64,000 bases of DNA from a virus: the IMG/VR virus record IMGVR_UViG_3300037963_003719, positions 32,001 through 96,000 of that record; one strand, given 5' to 3'. Made by a program: the position numbers and the translations under genes. Positions 28,374-38,350 of the stretch are shown piece after piece (position 1 is the first letter of the stretch; each line of letters opens with the position of its first letter). Below the pieces are notes generated by a model. It ran no database searches, was not told the origin of the DNA, and saw nothing but the letters and a program-made list of their open reading frames with translations.

Positions 28374-29984
28374 ATGGCGCAATTATTTGGATTTTCAATT
28401 AAAGATGAAGATCTCAAGAAGGGGGCGAAGGCAGCTACGTCCCCTGTTCCACCTACAGACAATGACGCTAGTTCGACCATCACTCCTTACGGGGGATGGT
28501 TTGGTCATTATGTAGATCTTGATGATACTAAAAAACGTGACGAGATTAATCTCATCCGTCGTTATAGAGAAATGGCACTTGCTCCAGAAGTGGACAGTGC
28601 GATTGAAGATGTAACAAACGAAGCGATTGTAACTGATAAGGATGACAGTCCAGTAGAATTAGAACTGTCTAACTTAGAAGTATCAGAATCGATCAAGAAC
28701 CGAATGAGAGAAGAGTTTGATCATATCAAACGTCTTCTTGATTTTGATAAATCTGCACATCAAATCTTCAGACGTTGGTACGTTGATGGTAGATTATTTT
28801 ATCATAAAGTTATCGATCTAGAAGATCCTTCAAAGGGTCTATTAGAACTCCGTTATATTGATCCTCTTAAAATTAAGAAGGTGCGTCTGGTAGAAAAACC
28901 AGCAGTAGACGCAGATCAATTTAACAAATACGACTACGGTAAAGTCACAGAATTTTTTGTTTACAATGCTAAAGGTGTAAACAATACCAACCAAGGAATT
29001 AAAATTGCAAGGGATGCTATTACATACGTAGCATCTGGTATTGTAGACCAGGGTAGAAATATGACCCTGAGTTATTTGCACAAAGCAATCAAGTATCTTA
29101 ATCAATTAAGAATGCTTGAGGACAGCATTGTTATCTACAGATTATCAAGAGCACCCGAGCGTAGAATTTTCTACATCGATGTTGGTAATCTTCCTAAAAT
29201 TAAAGCGGAACAATACCTGCGTGATGTAATGTCACGCTACAGAAATAAGATGGTATATGACTCCAGTACTGGAGAAATCCGTGATGACAAAAAGCATATG
29301 AGTATGCTTGAGGACTTCTGGTTGCCTCGTCGTGAAGGTGGTCGTGGTACAGAAATTACCACACTGCCTGGTGGACAAAACCTTGGTGAACTGACTGACA
29401 TTAAGTATTTCCAAACACAACTTTATAAAGCACTTAATGTTCCTGCTTCTAGATTGGAAAGTGATAAGTCATTTGATTTAGGTAAATCTGAAGAGATCAA
29501 CAGAGACGAAATTAAATTTACAAAGTTTGTAGGTCGTCTCCGTAAAAAGTTCTCTGACCTTCTTCATGACCTTCTTAAAACACAACTGATCCTTAAAGGT
29601 GTAATCACAGTTGAAGATTGGGAAGACATGAAAGAGCACATTCAGTATGATTACCTTTATGATAATCAATTTGCTGAACTTGCTAATCTCGAATTACTTG
29701 AGAAGAAAATGGAAGTCCTTGACAAAGTAGACCTCTATGTTGGCAAGTATTTCTCACAAGATTATGTAATGCGTCAACTCCTGCACTTCACTGAGCAAGA
29801 GATTGAGGAAATGCAGAATCAAATAAATACAGAAATCAAAGCAGGTCAAGTCATTGATCCGCTTGATACGATTGATCAAGAGAAGCAAACTGCTGAAATT
29901 GATATGGAAACTAAGCAAGTTTCTTTAGACAATCTTAAAAATCCCCCTGAACCTAAAACGTCAGGATCCCAAAACACTAAATAA
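28374..29984 (+). CDS. gp20: Portal protein gp20
   Basis: RAPERRIFYIDVGNLPK.KAEQY; EDFWLPRREGGRGTEITTLPGG. Confidence 0.99.
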   Translation: MAQLFGFSIKDEDLKKGAKAATSPVPPTDNDASSTITPYGGWFGHYVDLDDTKKRDEINLIRRYREMALAPEVDSAIEDVTNEAIVTDKDDSPVELELSNLEVSESIKNRMREEFDHIKRLLDFDKSAHQIFRRWYVDGRLFYHKVIDLEDPSKGLLELRYIDPLKIKKVRLVEKPAVDADQFNKYDYGKVTEFFVYNAKGVNNTNQGIKIARDAITYVASGIVDQGRNMTLSYLHKAIKYLNQLRMLEDSIVIYRLSRAPERRIFYIDVGNLPKIKAEQYLRDVMSRYRNKMVYDSSTGEIRDDKKHMSMLEDFWLPRREGGRGTEITTLPGGQNLGELTDIKYFQTQLYKALNVPASRLESDKSFDLGKSEEINRDEIKFTKFVGRLRKKFSDLLHDLLKTQLILKGVITVEDWEDMKEHIQYDYLYDNQFAELANLELLEKKMEVLDKVDLYVGKYFSQDYVMRQLLHFTEQEIEEMQNQINTEIKAGQVIDPLDTIDQEKQTAEIDMETKQVSLDNLKNPPEPKTSGSQNTK

Positions 29985-29998
29985 TACCGAGGTTAATT

Positions 29999-30196
29999 AT
30001 GGAACCTACTAAAATCGTGGATATGATCATGAAGGATCAACTTGCTGATGCTTCTGATGCTGTGAAAGATATGATTATGAACAAGGCGGCGCAGATCTTA
30101 ACTCTTGAAAAAGAAAAGGTCGGGCAAAGCATGTTCGCCCATCTAGAAAACGAACCCGAACAGACCGAAGATGAAACTGATCACGGAACAGATTGA
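29999..30196 (+). CDS. Prohead core protein (gp67-like)
   Basis: Small acidic ORF between gp20 and gp21, after TAAATA, with GAGG SD. Confidence 0.6.
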   Translation: MEPTKIVDMIMKDQLADASDAVKDMIMNKAAQILTLEKEKVGQSMFAHLENEPEQTEDETDHGTD

Positions 30197-30815
30197 AGCT
30201 GTAGAATTTCTTGTTGAAGAAAGTGGTTCAAAAAAGAATCACTTTATCGAAGGGGTATTTCTTCAAGCGGATATTAAAAATAGAAATGGTAGAGTGTATG
30301 AGATGAACGTTCTTGAAAAAGAAGTTGGTCGTTATACCGAATCTTATATTTCTAAAGATCGTGCTCTTGGAGAACTCGGTCATCCTGAGGGACCTACCGT
30401 TAATTTAGATAGAGTGTCACATAAAATTGTATCACTTCAAAAAGAAGGACATAATTTTATCGGCAAAGCAAAAATCCTTGATACCCCTATGGGCAAGATT
30501 GCTAAAAATCTAATTGATGAAGGTGTTAAATTGGGTGTCTCATCACGTGGTGTTGGATCAATTTCTGAAAGAAATGGTGCATCATATGTCCGTGATGACT
30601 TCATGCTCGCTACTGCTGCAGATATTGTAGCAGATCCATCTGCTCCTGATGCTTTTGTAGAAGGAATTATGGAAGGAAAAGAGTGGGTATGGAACAATGG
30701 CATTCTTACAGAACGTCATATTCAATCCATTAAGAACGGAATTGATGCTGCAACTTTGCATAATCTACAAGAGCGCAAGGTTTCCGCGTTTGCCGAGTTC
30801 TTAAAGGGATTATAA
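30171..30815 (+). CDS. gp21: Prohead protease gp21
   Basis: NRNGRVY, ALGELGHP, GVSSRGVGS, DIVADPSAPDA. Confidence 0.98.
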   Translation: MKLITEQIEAVEFLVEESGSKKNHFIEGVFLQADIKNRNGRVYEMNVLEKEVGRYTESYISKDRALGELGHPEGPTVNLDRVSHKIVSLQKEGHNFIGKAKILDTPMGKIAKNLIDEGVKLGVSSRGVGSISERNGASYVRDDFMLATAADIVADPSAPDAFVEGIMEGKEWVWNNGILTERHIQSIKNGIDAATLHNLQERKVSAFAEFLKGL

Positions 30816-30865
30816 TTTATAAATAAAACATAGAATCTAACAGATTATATTAAGGAGAATAGCAC

Positions 30866-31909
30866 ATGTCAGCATCAGTTGACCAACAATTTGAAACCTT
30901 CGTAGAAGAAACTCTTGAGGAAAAAGCGCCAACTGATGGTGCCAAGGGTGCAGACCCTATGGTTGCTGCAACTATTCCTGGTCCCCAAGATACTGCGAAG
31001 GACAACCTTGGTGGTCCTACCAACCAGAACTACAAGCAAGACAACGATTCATCTAAGATTGCCAACAAAGGTACATCGAAGGTTAGCGACGTTAACACTA
31101 AGTCCGCTAAACCAGGCGATGCTGCTCCTGGCAAACTGAAGGAAGAAGAGGAGTCAACTGAAGAAGTAGTTTCCGAAACAACCGAAGTTACCGAAGAAGA
31201 GTTCAGCGTAGAAGAAGATGTTAACGCACTTCTGACTGGCGAAGAACTTTCCGAAGAATTTAAAGAGAAGACAAAAACAATCTTTGAAGCTGCAGTTAAG
31301 TCAAAACTTGCTGAAGAAACTAAGAAGATTGAAGAGTCATTTGAGGTACGTCTTACTGAGCAAGTTGACACCGTTAAAACGGAACTTGCTGAGAAGATGG
31401 ACAAGTTCCTCACCTATGTTGCCGAAGAGTGGAAGAAAGAGAATGAACTCGAACTCCACAACGGCATTAAACTTGAGATGATGCAGTCCTTCATGGACGG
31501 CATGAAAAATCTTTTTGAAGAAAATTATGTACAACTCCCTGAAGAAAAATATGATGTTATGCAAGAGATGACAGACAAACTTGATGAAATGGAAGCAAAG
31601 CTCAATGAGCAAATTGAAACAAACATGTCACTCAACGGTAAGGTTAACTCTTTTGTTAAAGAGTCAATTGTAACCGAAGTTTCCAAAGGTCTCGCAGATA
31701 CCCAAGCAGAGAAGTTCTCTTCACTCGCTGAAGGTGTTGAATTTGAGTCCGAGGAGTCCTTCAAAGAAAAACTAGAAACTATTAAGGAATCTTATTTCCC
31801 TAAAGCAAAGGTTGAACTGAAGGAAGACATTGCAACTGATGAAGTTGCGTCCCCTGTAGAGGGTTCGATGTCTGCGTATGTAAACGCAATCTCCCGCTAC
31901 GGGAAATAA
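30866..31909 (+). CDS. gp22: Prohead scaffold protein gp22
   Basis: Glu-rich coiled coil with LSEEFKEK..IFEAAV; directly precedes gp23. Confidence 0.93.
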   Translation: MSASVDQQFETFVEETLEEKAPTDGAKGADPMVAATIPGPQDTAKDNLGGPTNQNYKQDNDSSKIANKGTSKVSDVNTKSAKPGDAAPGKLKEEEESTEEVVSETTEVTEEEFSVEEDVNALLTGEELSEEFKEKTKTIFEAAVKSKLAEETKKIEESFEVRLTEQVDTVKTELAEKMDKFLTYVAEEWKKENELELHNGIKLEMMQSFMDGMKNLFEENYVQLPEEKYDVMQEMTDKLDEMEAKLNEQIETNMSLNGKVNSFVKESIVTEVSKGLADTQAEKFSSLAEGVEFESEESFKEKLETIKESYFPKAKVELKEDIATDEVASPVEGSMSAYVNAISRYGK

Positions 31910-31948
31910 TTATTAATCCACTTACTACTATCCAATAAGGAGAAACAA

Positions 31949-33409
31949 ATGTTAGGTTTATCCCAACAACTCCAGGAGAAGTGGGCACCTGTTCTTGAGC
32001 ATGGTGATCTTCCAAAGATTGAAGATAACTACAAGAAAGCTGTCACTTCCATCCTGCTTGAAAACCAAGAGCGTGTAATTCGTGAAGAGCGTCAGATCCT
32101 GTCTGAAGCAATCCCAACGATGAGCACTGGTTCAAACGCCGCTGCTGGTGCAGGTTCAGGCAATGCTGGTTTCAGTTCTGATGCTGCTGCTGGTGGTCCT
32201 GTTGCTGGTTTCGACCCAGTTCTGATCTCACTGATCAGACGTGCAATGCCAAACCTGGTCGCTTATGACCTCGCTGGCGTTCAACCAATGTCTGGTCCTA
32301 CTGGACTGATCTTCGCAATGCGTGCTCGCTACGATGGTCCTGCGACCACCAATGCTGAGACCTTCTACAACGAAGTCAATCCTAACCAATCTGGTACACA
32401 GGGTGCTAACGATGTCTCTGGTGCTGCTGATGCACTGACTGGCAACAACCCTGCTGTTCTTAACGACGGTTTCACTGGTTCTAACGAAGCAACCGCTCAA
32501 GGTTACTATGGTGCTCCTGGCGCTATGGGCACTGAAGATTCTGAAGGACTTGACAGCGACGGTTCCGCCCCTGACTTCCGTCAGATGGGTTTCTCAATCG
32601 AGAAGATTTCGGTCACCGCCAAGTCACGTGCTCTGAAAGCTGATTACAGCATCGAACTCGCACAAGACCTGCGTGCTATTCACGGTCTTGATGCTGAGTC
32701 GGAACTGGCAAACATCCTCTCTAGCGAGATCCTTGCTGAGATCAACAGAGAAGTTGTCAGAACCATCTATAAGTCCGCTAAGCGTGGTGCTCAGCATGAC
32801 ACCGCTACCGCTGGTACTTTTGACCTCGATGTTGACTCCAACGGTCGTTGGTCAGTTGAGAAGTTCAAAGGACTTCTGTTCCAAATCGAGCGTGATGCGA
32901 ACGCAATCGCACGCGAAACTCGTAGAGGGAAGGGCAACATGATCATGTGCTCTGCTGACGTTGCATCCGCACTTGCAATGGCAGGCGTACTTGATTATGC
33001 TCCTGCTCTGGAAGGCAACAACCGCCTTGCAGTTGACGAAACTGGTAACACCTTCGCTGGTGTTCTGAATGGTCGCTATCGCGTCTATATCGATCCTTAT
33101 GCAACTATCACCCGTGGTGGTTCTGCTGCATCTGGTAACTCTGCTAACCAGTACTACGTCATCGGTTATAAGGGTACTTCACCTTATGACGCTGGTCTGT
33201 TCTACTGCCCATATGTACCTCTCCAGATGGTACGTAGCGTCGGTCAGGATGACTTCCAGCCACGTATCGGGTTCAAGACCCGTTATGGCATGGTCCTCAA
33301 CCCATTCGCAAAAGGCGAAGCAGCACTGTCCGACAGCAACCCACTTGCTGCTGGCAACCTGTCAACCAACGCTTACTACAGAAGAGTTTCTGTTGCAAAC
33401 CTCATGTGA
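31949..33409 (+). CDS. gp23: Major capsid protein gp23
   Basis: GVQPMSGPTGLIFAMR, AKSRALKA, FYCPYVPL, FQPRIGFKTRYG. Confidence 0.99.
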   Translation: MLGLSQQLQEKWAPVLEHGDLPKIEDNYKKAVTSILLENQERVIREERQILSEAIPTMSTGSNAAAGAGSGNAGFSSDAAAGGPVAGFDPVLISLIRRAMPNLVAYDLAGVQPMSGPTGLIFAMRARYDGPATTNAETFYNEVNPNQSGTQGANDVSGAADALTGNNPAVLNDGFTGSNEATAQGYYGAPGAMGTEDSEGLDSDGSAPDFRQMGFSIEKISVTAKSRALKADYSIELAQDLRAIHGLDAESELANILSSEILAEINREVVRTIYKSAKRGAQHDTATAGTFDLDVDSNGRWSVEKFKGLLFQIERDANAIARETRRGKGNMIMCSADVASALAMAGVLDYAPALEGNNRLAVDETGNTFAGVLNGRYRVYIDPYATITRGGSAASGNSANQYYVIGYKGTSPYDAGLFYCPYVPLQMVRSVGQDDFQPRIGFKTRYGMVLNPFAKGEAALSDSNPLAAGNLSTNAYYRRVSVANLM

Positions 33410-33429
33410 TTCTTGCATCACATCATATC

Positions 33430-33456
33430 AAGGACTCCTTCGGGGGTCCTTTTTTT
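33430..33456 (+). terminator. Intrinsic terminator after gp23
   Basis: AAGGACTCC-TTCG-GGGGTCCTT followed by a T run. Confidence 0.92.
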
Positions 33457-33515
33457 ATGCCTTGTAATAATAAGAAAATTTAAGTTATTATACAACTTTG
33501 TAAAAAAGCAATAAA

Positions 33516-33531
33516 TGTACACTACGATACA
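33516..33531. promoter_or_regulatory. Candidate NtcA binding site (TGTA-N8-TACA)
   Basis: TGTACACTACGATACA in intergenic DNA matches the extended NtcA consensus. Confidence 0.55.
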
Positions 33532-33624
33532 TAAAGTTGCATAGATACTACAGAATTATGAGAGGTGTAAAAATGAACCCTAATCTCTTTTTATATCATG
33601 ACCAAGTTCTAGTGGAGAAGAGAG

Positions 33625-33798
33625 ATGCACAATCTATTATCAAGGTCCCAGTTCGATGAATGGAGACATCTAGAACAAACTATAGACGAACTAGAATCCG
33701 AACACCAAAAGATCAATGATTACTACGAGTGTATAATCGAATGCGATATTCATAATCAAAACGAATGTAAAAAGATCTGTAGAAGATTACTAGATTAA
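33625..33798 (+). CDS. Small 4-Cys protein, 57 aa, missing from the ORF track
   Basis: MHNLLSRSQFDEWRHLEQTIDELESEHQKINDYYECIIECDIHNQNECKKICRRLLD; GGAG upstream and its own terminator. Confidence 0.8.
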   Translation: MHNLLSRSQFDEWRHLEQTIDELESEHQKINDYYECIIECDIHNQNECKKICRRLLD

Positions 33799-33804
33799 CA
33801 ACGC

Positions 33805-33838
33805 AGACCCTTCGGGGTCTTTTTTTTGCCTATAAATA
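33805..33838 (+). terminator. Intrinsic terminator followed by late promoter TATAAATA (33831-33838)
   Basis: AGACCC-TTCG-GGGTCT followed by T7. Confidence 0.9.
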
Positions 33839-33859
33839 AAAGTGTGAAGGACTCTACTC

Positions 33860-34402
33860 ATGACACTCTGTAACGAAAACTTTCTATCACCAGCAGGTTT
33901 TAGATTAGACATCCCAGGTTTTGAAAGCGTTGGTTTTCAATGCTCCAATGTGAACGTACCTGGAATTAGTATGAATGGTCCTGTAGCAGCAACTCCCTAT
34001 AATGATTTTCAGTTAGGTGGTGACAAGTTAAACTATCAAGAACTTCAACTTACTTTCTTGATCGATGAAAATTGCACTAACTATTCTTTAATTCATAATT
34101 GGATGGTTGGTATTACGTACCCACAAAAAGCAGATCAGTGGGGTGACTTTGTAGAAGAGATGAGAGATAAGGACTTTCAAAACGAAAGGTTTATCGAACA
34201 ACTTGATTTGTATGTAAACATCCTAAACAGCAATTTTAACACAGCATTTAAATTACATTTTTATGATGCGTTTCCTGTAAGTTTGAATACATTAGAATTT
34301 AGTACAGACCAAGCAGATATTCAATATATGAAAGCACAGGTGACATTTAAGTACACCTACTTTAAACTTACTGATAACAATGACAAAGATTTGACTTTAT
34401 GA
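33860..34402 (+). CDS. gp3: Tail completion/tube terminator gp3
   Basis: NFLSPAGF..GDKL.Y..L.LTFLIDE..F.DAFPVSL. Confidence 0.88.
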   Translation: MTLCNENFLSPAGFRLDIPGFESVGFQCSNVNVPGISMNGPVAATPYNDFQLGGDKLNYQELQLTFLIDENCTNYSLIHNWMVGITYPQKADQWGDFVEEMRDKDFQNERFIEQLDLYVNILNSNFNTAFKLHFYDAFPVSLNTLEFSTDQADIQYMKAQVTFKYTYFKLTDNNDKDLTL

Positions 34403-34812
34403 GTTTACATCAACAATTGATCGATGAGTGGCACAAGGATTGTGTCATGGATGATGACTTGTTTGAAGAGGCAAGAAGGATTCCAGTTTTACATGCTAAA
34501 TGGTTAGACAAGTACTTAAGAGTACAATTATTACGTAAAGAAAAAGAATACGATTTCAACTGTCTGTATAGACAGAAGTATAGTTTCTACATGGGCAGAG
34601 AAGAAACTGCTCCTGATGAGAAAATTATTAAGACAGAAGTGCCCATCTATATCAAGGGAGATCCTGATATAATTAAGGCACAGGCAACGATGGACCTCTA
34701 TGAAAAATTAGAGGATGCTCTAAAACAGGTTCTAAATAATATTAACAATCGTTCATTCCAAATTAAGAATGCAATTGATTGGTTAAGATATTCGCGAGGA
34801 ATAGATGAGTGA
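34399..34812 (+). CDS. uvsY: Recombination mediator UvsY
   Basis: IP.LHAKWL..NRSFQIKNAIDW; precedes uvsW. Confidence 0.9.
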   Translation: MSLHQQLIDEWHKDCVMDDDLFEEARRIPVLHAKWLDKYLRVQLLRKEKEYDFNCLYRQKYSFYMGREETAPDEKIIKTEVPIYIKGDPDIIKAQATMDLYEKLEDALKQVLNNINNRSFQIKNAIDWLRYSRGIDE

Positions 34813-36271
34813 CGTTATTATCCGAAAGAAGAATGAAGTTTATCTGCAATTAAAAACACCACCACATATTTCATACGAATTATCTGACCACTTCACATTT
34901 GAAGTTGAGGGTGCAAAGTTCATGCCTGCATACAGGCAGAAATATTGGGACGGTAAAATTAGGTTATTCTCTCCAGGCACTGGTGAAATCTATGCTGGAT
35001 TGAGAGAATATGTTGAGCAGTTTTGTCAAGAGCGAGGATATGCTTATGACTATGCAGACAATGAATACTTCGGTATGCCTGATGCTGAGGATGAATTAGT
35101 ATCCTATGATGGTGTCAAATCATTTACAAAGAAATTTTCTGCACTCAAAGCAAGAGATTACCAATACAAAGGAATCTATGAAGCATTGAGAAAGAGACGG
35201 AAACTGATCGTGTCACCTACGGGATCAGGAAAATCTTTTATGATTTATTCTATTGTTCGTTTCTTACAGGAAACAGGACAAAAGATTATTATTGTAGTTC
35301 CAACCACATCTCTTGTAGAGCAGATGTATAAAGATTTTTGGTCTTATGGGTGGGACGTAGAAGAACATTGTCATAAAGTATATGCTGGTCATGAGAAAGT
35401 ATCTCCTAAACCAGTAACTATTACTACATGGCAATCTGTATATAAGCAACATCGTAAATACTTTGAGTGCTTTAGTGCTGTCATTGGTGACGAGGCACAT
35501 TTGTTTAAAGCAAAATCTTTGACAGATATTTTAACCAAACTACATCATGCAAAATATCGTGTTGGATTTACAGGAACACTAGACGGGAGCAAGACAAACA
35601 AACTTGTTCTTGAAGGTTTGTTCGGTCCTCACGAAAAGATTACAAACACAAATGAACTAATTAAACAAGGACATTTGTCTAGATTAAAAATTAAGATTAT
35701 TTCTTTAAGACATCATCATGTCAAATTTGACAGTTACCATGAAGAGATTGATTACTTGGTCTCTCACCCTAGAAGAAATAACTTTATTAAAAATCTTGCA
35801 TTAGATCTTGGTGGTAACTCTCTGGTATTGTTCAATTATGTTGAACGTCATGGTGAACCACTTTTTGATCTGATAAATAATAGCGTAAAGGATGGTAGAA
35901 AAGTATTCTTTGTACATGGTGGTGTTGATGTAAAGGACCGAGAAGAGATCCGAGCAATCACTGAGCAGGAGTCCAATGCAATCATCATCGCGAGTTACGG
36001 TACTTTTTCCACAGGTATTAATATCAAAAATCTTCACAACATTATTTTTGCTAGTCCATCTAAATCAAGAGTAAGAAACCTACAATCTATTGGTAGGGTC
36101 TTGAGAAAAGGAGAAAACAAAAATACCGCCGTGTTGTATGATATTGCAGACGATACCTCTAAAGATTCTAATAATCCAAATTATACGTTAAGACATTTGT
36201 TTGAGCGAGTTAAAATTTATAATCAAGAAAATTTTGACTATGAGATAATCAACGTAAAATTAAAACAGTAA
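34805..36271 (+). CDS. uvsW: RNA-DNA/DNA helicase UvsW
   Basis: WDGKIRLF, SPTGSGKS, DEAH, LQSIGRVLR. Confidence 0.97.
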   Translation: MSDVIIRKKNEVYLQLKTPPHISYELSDHFTFEVEGAKFMPAYRQKYWDGKIRLFSPGTGEIYAGLREYVEQFCQERGYAYDYADNEYFGMPDAEDELVSYDGVKSFTKKFSALKARDYQYKGIYEALRKRRKLIVSPTGSGKSFMIYSIVRFLQETGQKIIIVVPTTSLVEQMYKDFWSYGWDVEEHCHKVYAGHEKVSPKPVTITTWQSVYKQHRKYFECFSAVIGDEAHLFKAKSLTDILTKLHHAKYRVGFTGTLDGSKTNKLVLEGLFGPHEKITNTNELIKQGHLSRLKIKIISLRHHHVKFDSYHEEIDYLVSHPRRNNFIKNLALDLGGNSLVLFNYVERHGEPLFDLINNSVKDGRKVFFVHGGVDVKDREEIRAITEQESNAIIIASYGTFSTGINIKNLHNIIFASPSKSRVRNLQSIGRVLRKGENKNTAVLYDIADDTSKDSNNPNYTLRHLFERVKIYNQENFDYEIINVKLKQ

Positions 36272-36273
36272 GT

Positions 36274-36720
36274 ATGGAAGCATTTTTCGCAAACATCAAA
36301 TTAAAAACAGGTGAAGAAATACTTTGTATTGTAAAAGAGGCAGATCCTGAAAAGGACTACCTTCTAGTTTCACATCCAATTGAAGTTGAGGAGATCGAGA
36401 TCCCTGGTGCGTTTCATGGTCTAAAGATTAAGAACTGGATGAAACTCTCACACCAAACTGAATTCTATATTGAGGGTGAGGAACTAGTTACAGTTAAAGA
36501 AATTAAAGGATTCCCAGTCGAGTTTTATAAAGAGAGTTTAATTAAACTTGCTAATCAAGAAGAAGAGAAACTACGCTCTAAAACAAAAAGTAAATTAAAG
36601 AGAAGAAAAAAAGGGCGCGTTCCTTTGTCTGAAGATATGGGTCTCATATCCTCTATTGATGATGCAAGAGAACTACTAGAGAGTATTTTTCTATTGGATA
36701 GTGATCCAAAGGAATCTTAA
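36274..36720 (+). CDS. Hypothetical protein with an Sm-like N-terminal motif (IKLKTGEEI)
   Basis: Motif shared with ORFs at 52818 and 53933; usual position before gp55. Confidence 0.65.
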   Translation: MEAFFANIKLKTGEEILCIVKEADPEKDYLLVSHPIEVEEIEIPGAFHGLKIKNWMKLSHQTEFYIEGEELVTVKEIKGFPVEFYKESLIKLANQEEEKLRSKTKSKLKRRKKGRVPLSEDMGLISSIDDARELLESIFLLDSDPKES

Positions 36721-36770
36721 GTATCTAATACCTTTAAGCTCTAGAGGGTCTTCTGAACTCTGACCGAGTT

Positions 36771-36799
36771 ATTATACACAGATACGGGGTACTTGTCAA
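36771..36799 (-). promoter_or_regulatory. Perfect sigma70 promoter on the minus strand (antisense)
   Basis: Reverse complement reads TTGACA-AGTACCCCGTATCTGTG-TATAAT (17-nt spacer, TG before -10). Confidence 0.75.
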
Positions 36800-36821
36800 G
36801 CTCTTGAATCTGTGCTATGAT
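36793..36821 (+). promoter_or_regulatory. Sigma70-type promoter of gp55
   Basis: TTGTCA-17-TATGAT with extended -10 TGn. Confidence 0.65.
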
Positions 36822-36845
36822 ATTGTGAGAAGACCAACATACTAC

Positions 36846-37310
36846 ATGGCAAAATCTAAAGAGCACTACGTAAACAACAAGGACTTCTTACACGCTATTA
36901 TTCAGTATAAGAATAGAGTGGAGAAGGCAAAAGAAACTGGCGCTGTCAAACCACCAGTGGGTGAATACATTGGAGGGTGCTTTCTAAAGATCGCACAGCA
37001 CTTATCCTACAAACCAAACTTTGTCAACTACATGTTTAAGGATGACATGATTGGCGATGGTATTGAGAACTGTATTACCTACATCGACAACTTTGATCCA
37101 GCAAAGTCCAGTAATCCGTTTGCGTATTTTACACAAATCATTTACTATGCATTCCTACGTAGGATTCAGAAAGAGAAGAAGCAGGTAGATATTAAAAACA
37201 AAATGATTGAGAAGTCAGGATACAGTGAAGTATTTACTGGCGATGAGTATGGATGTGAAGCATCATACGAACAGATTAAAAATTCTCTGGAACAGAAGAT
37301 GAGGTATTGA
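36846..37310 (+). CDS. gp55: Late transcription sigma factor gp55
   Basis: HYVNNKDF..YKPNF.NY..NPFAYFTQI.YYAF.RRIQKEKKQ; ATG at 36846 preferred over TTG at 36804. Confidence 0.96.
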   Translation: MAKSKEHYVNNKDFLHAIIQYKNRVEKAKETGAVKPPVGEYIGGCFLKIAQHLSYKPNFVNYMFKDDMIGDGIENCITYIDNFDPAKSSNPFAYFTQIIYYAFLRRIQKEKKQVDIKNKMIEKSGYSEVFTGDEYGCEASYEQIKNSLEQKMRY

Positions 37311-38350
37311 TGAAAGTCGCTATTATTACAGACCAGCACTTTGGTATGAGAAAAGGTAGTCAGATCTTTCATGACTACATGAAGAAGTTCTATGATGAAG
37401 TGTTCTTTCCATTCTTGGATAAGAACAAAATTACTACGGTGCTAGATCTGGGTGATACCTTTGACAATAGAAAGTCAATTGATTTTTGGTCACTAGATTG
37501 GGCAAAGAAAAATTACTACGACAACCTGGCACAGAGAGGAATTAAAGTTTATACCGTAGTTGGTAATCACACTGCCTACTATAAAAATACACTTGGTATC
37601 AATGCAATTAATTTGCTGCTACAAGAGTATGATAATGTTCAGTTGATTGAAAGACCCGAAACAATTAATGTAGGTGGTCTTGATATCTGTTTCGTTCCCT
37701 GGATTTGCGTCGATAATGAAACTGAAACTTATCAAGAGATTGCTAATACGTCAGCAAACATTTGCATGGGACACCTTGAACTGTCTGGGTTTGAGGCACA
37801 CCAAGGATACTACATGGATCATGGTATGAGTCGTGATGTTTTCTCTAAATTTAAGAAAGTGTTCTCTGGACACTTCCATCACAGGTCACACTCTGATAAC
37901 ATTTACTATCTGGGTAATCCTTATCAGATGTATTGGAATGATTTTGGTGATGTTAGAGGTTTCCATCTGTTCGATACCCAAACTACAAAACTAAAATTTA
38001 TTGCAAATCCTTTCAAGATGTTTGAAAAGATTTACTATAATGACTCTGCAGAAAACCCAGACGAGATTGACACTAATCAGTATAAAGAAAAGTTCGTAAA
38101 ATTGATTGTTGAAAAAAGAACTAACTACTATGCATATGACAATTTAATTGAACGTCTTTATCAAGTTGGTGTACATGATCTAAAAATTATCGATAACACT
38201 AACGAGGAAATAAATCCTTCTGGTGATATTGAAATTGAAGGTACTCTTTCTTTCCTAGAAAGATATGTTGAGGAGATTGACTATGAAGACAAAGACACAT
38301 TAAAATCTATTATTGGATCCATTTATACAGAGTCGCTTCAAATTGAGTAA
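37307..38350 (+). CDS. gp47: Recombination endonuclease subunit gp47 (Mre11/SbcD-like)
   Basis: TDQHFG, LGDTFD, GNH and SGHFH phosphoesterase motifs. Confidence 0.96.
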   Translation: MMKVAIITDQHFGMRKGSQIFHDYMKKFYDEVFFPFLDKNKITTVLDLGDTFDNRKSIDFWSLDWAKKNYYDNLAQRGIKVYTVVGNHTAYYKNTLGINAINLLLQEYDNVQLIERPETINVGGLDICFVPWICVDNETETYQEIANTSANICMGHLELSGFEAHQGYYMDHGMSRDVFSKFKKVFSGHFHHRSHSDNIYYLGNPYQMYWNDFGDVRGFHLFDTQTTKLKFIANPFKMFEKIYYNDSAENPDEIDTNQYKEKFVKLIVEKRTNYYAYDNLIERLYQVGVHDLKIIDNTNEEINPSGDIEIEGTLSFLERYVEEIDYEDKDTLKSIIGSIYTESLQIE

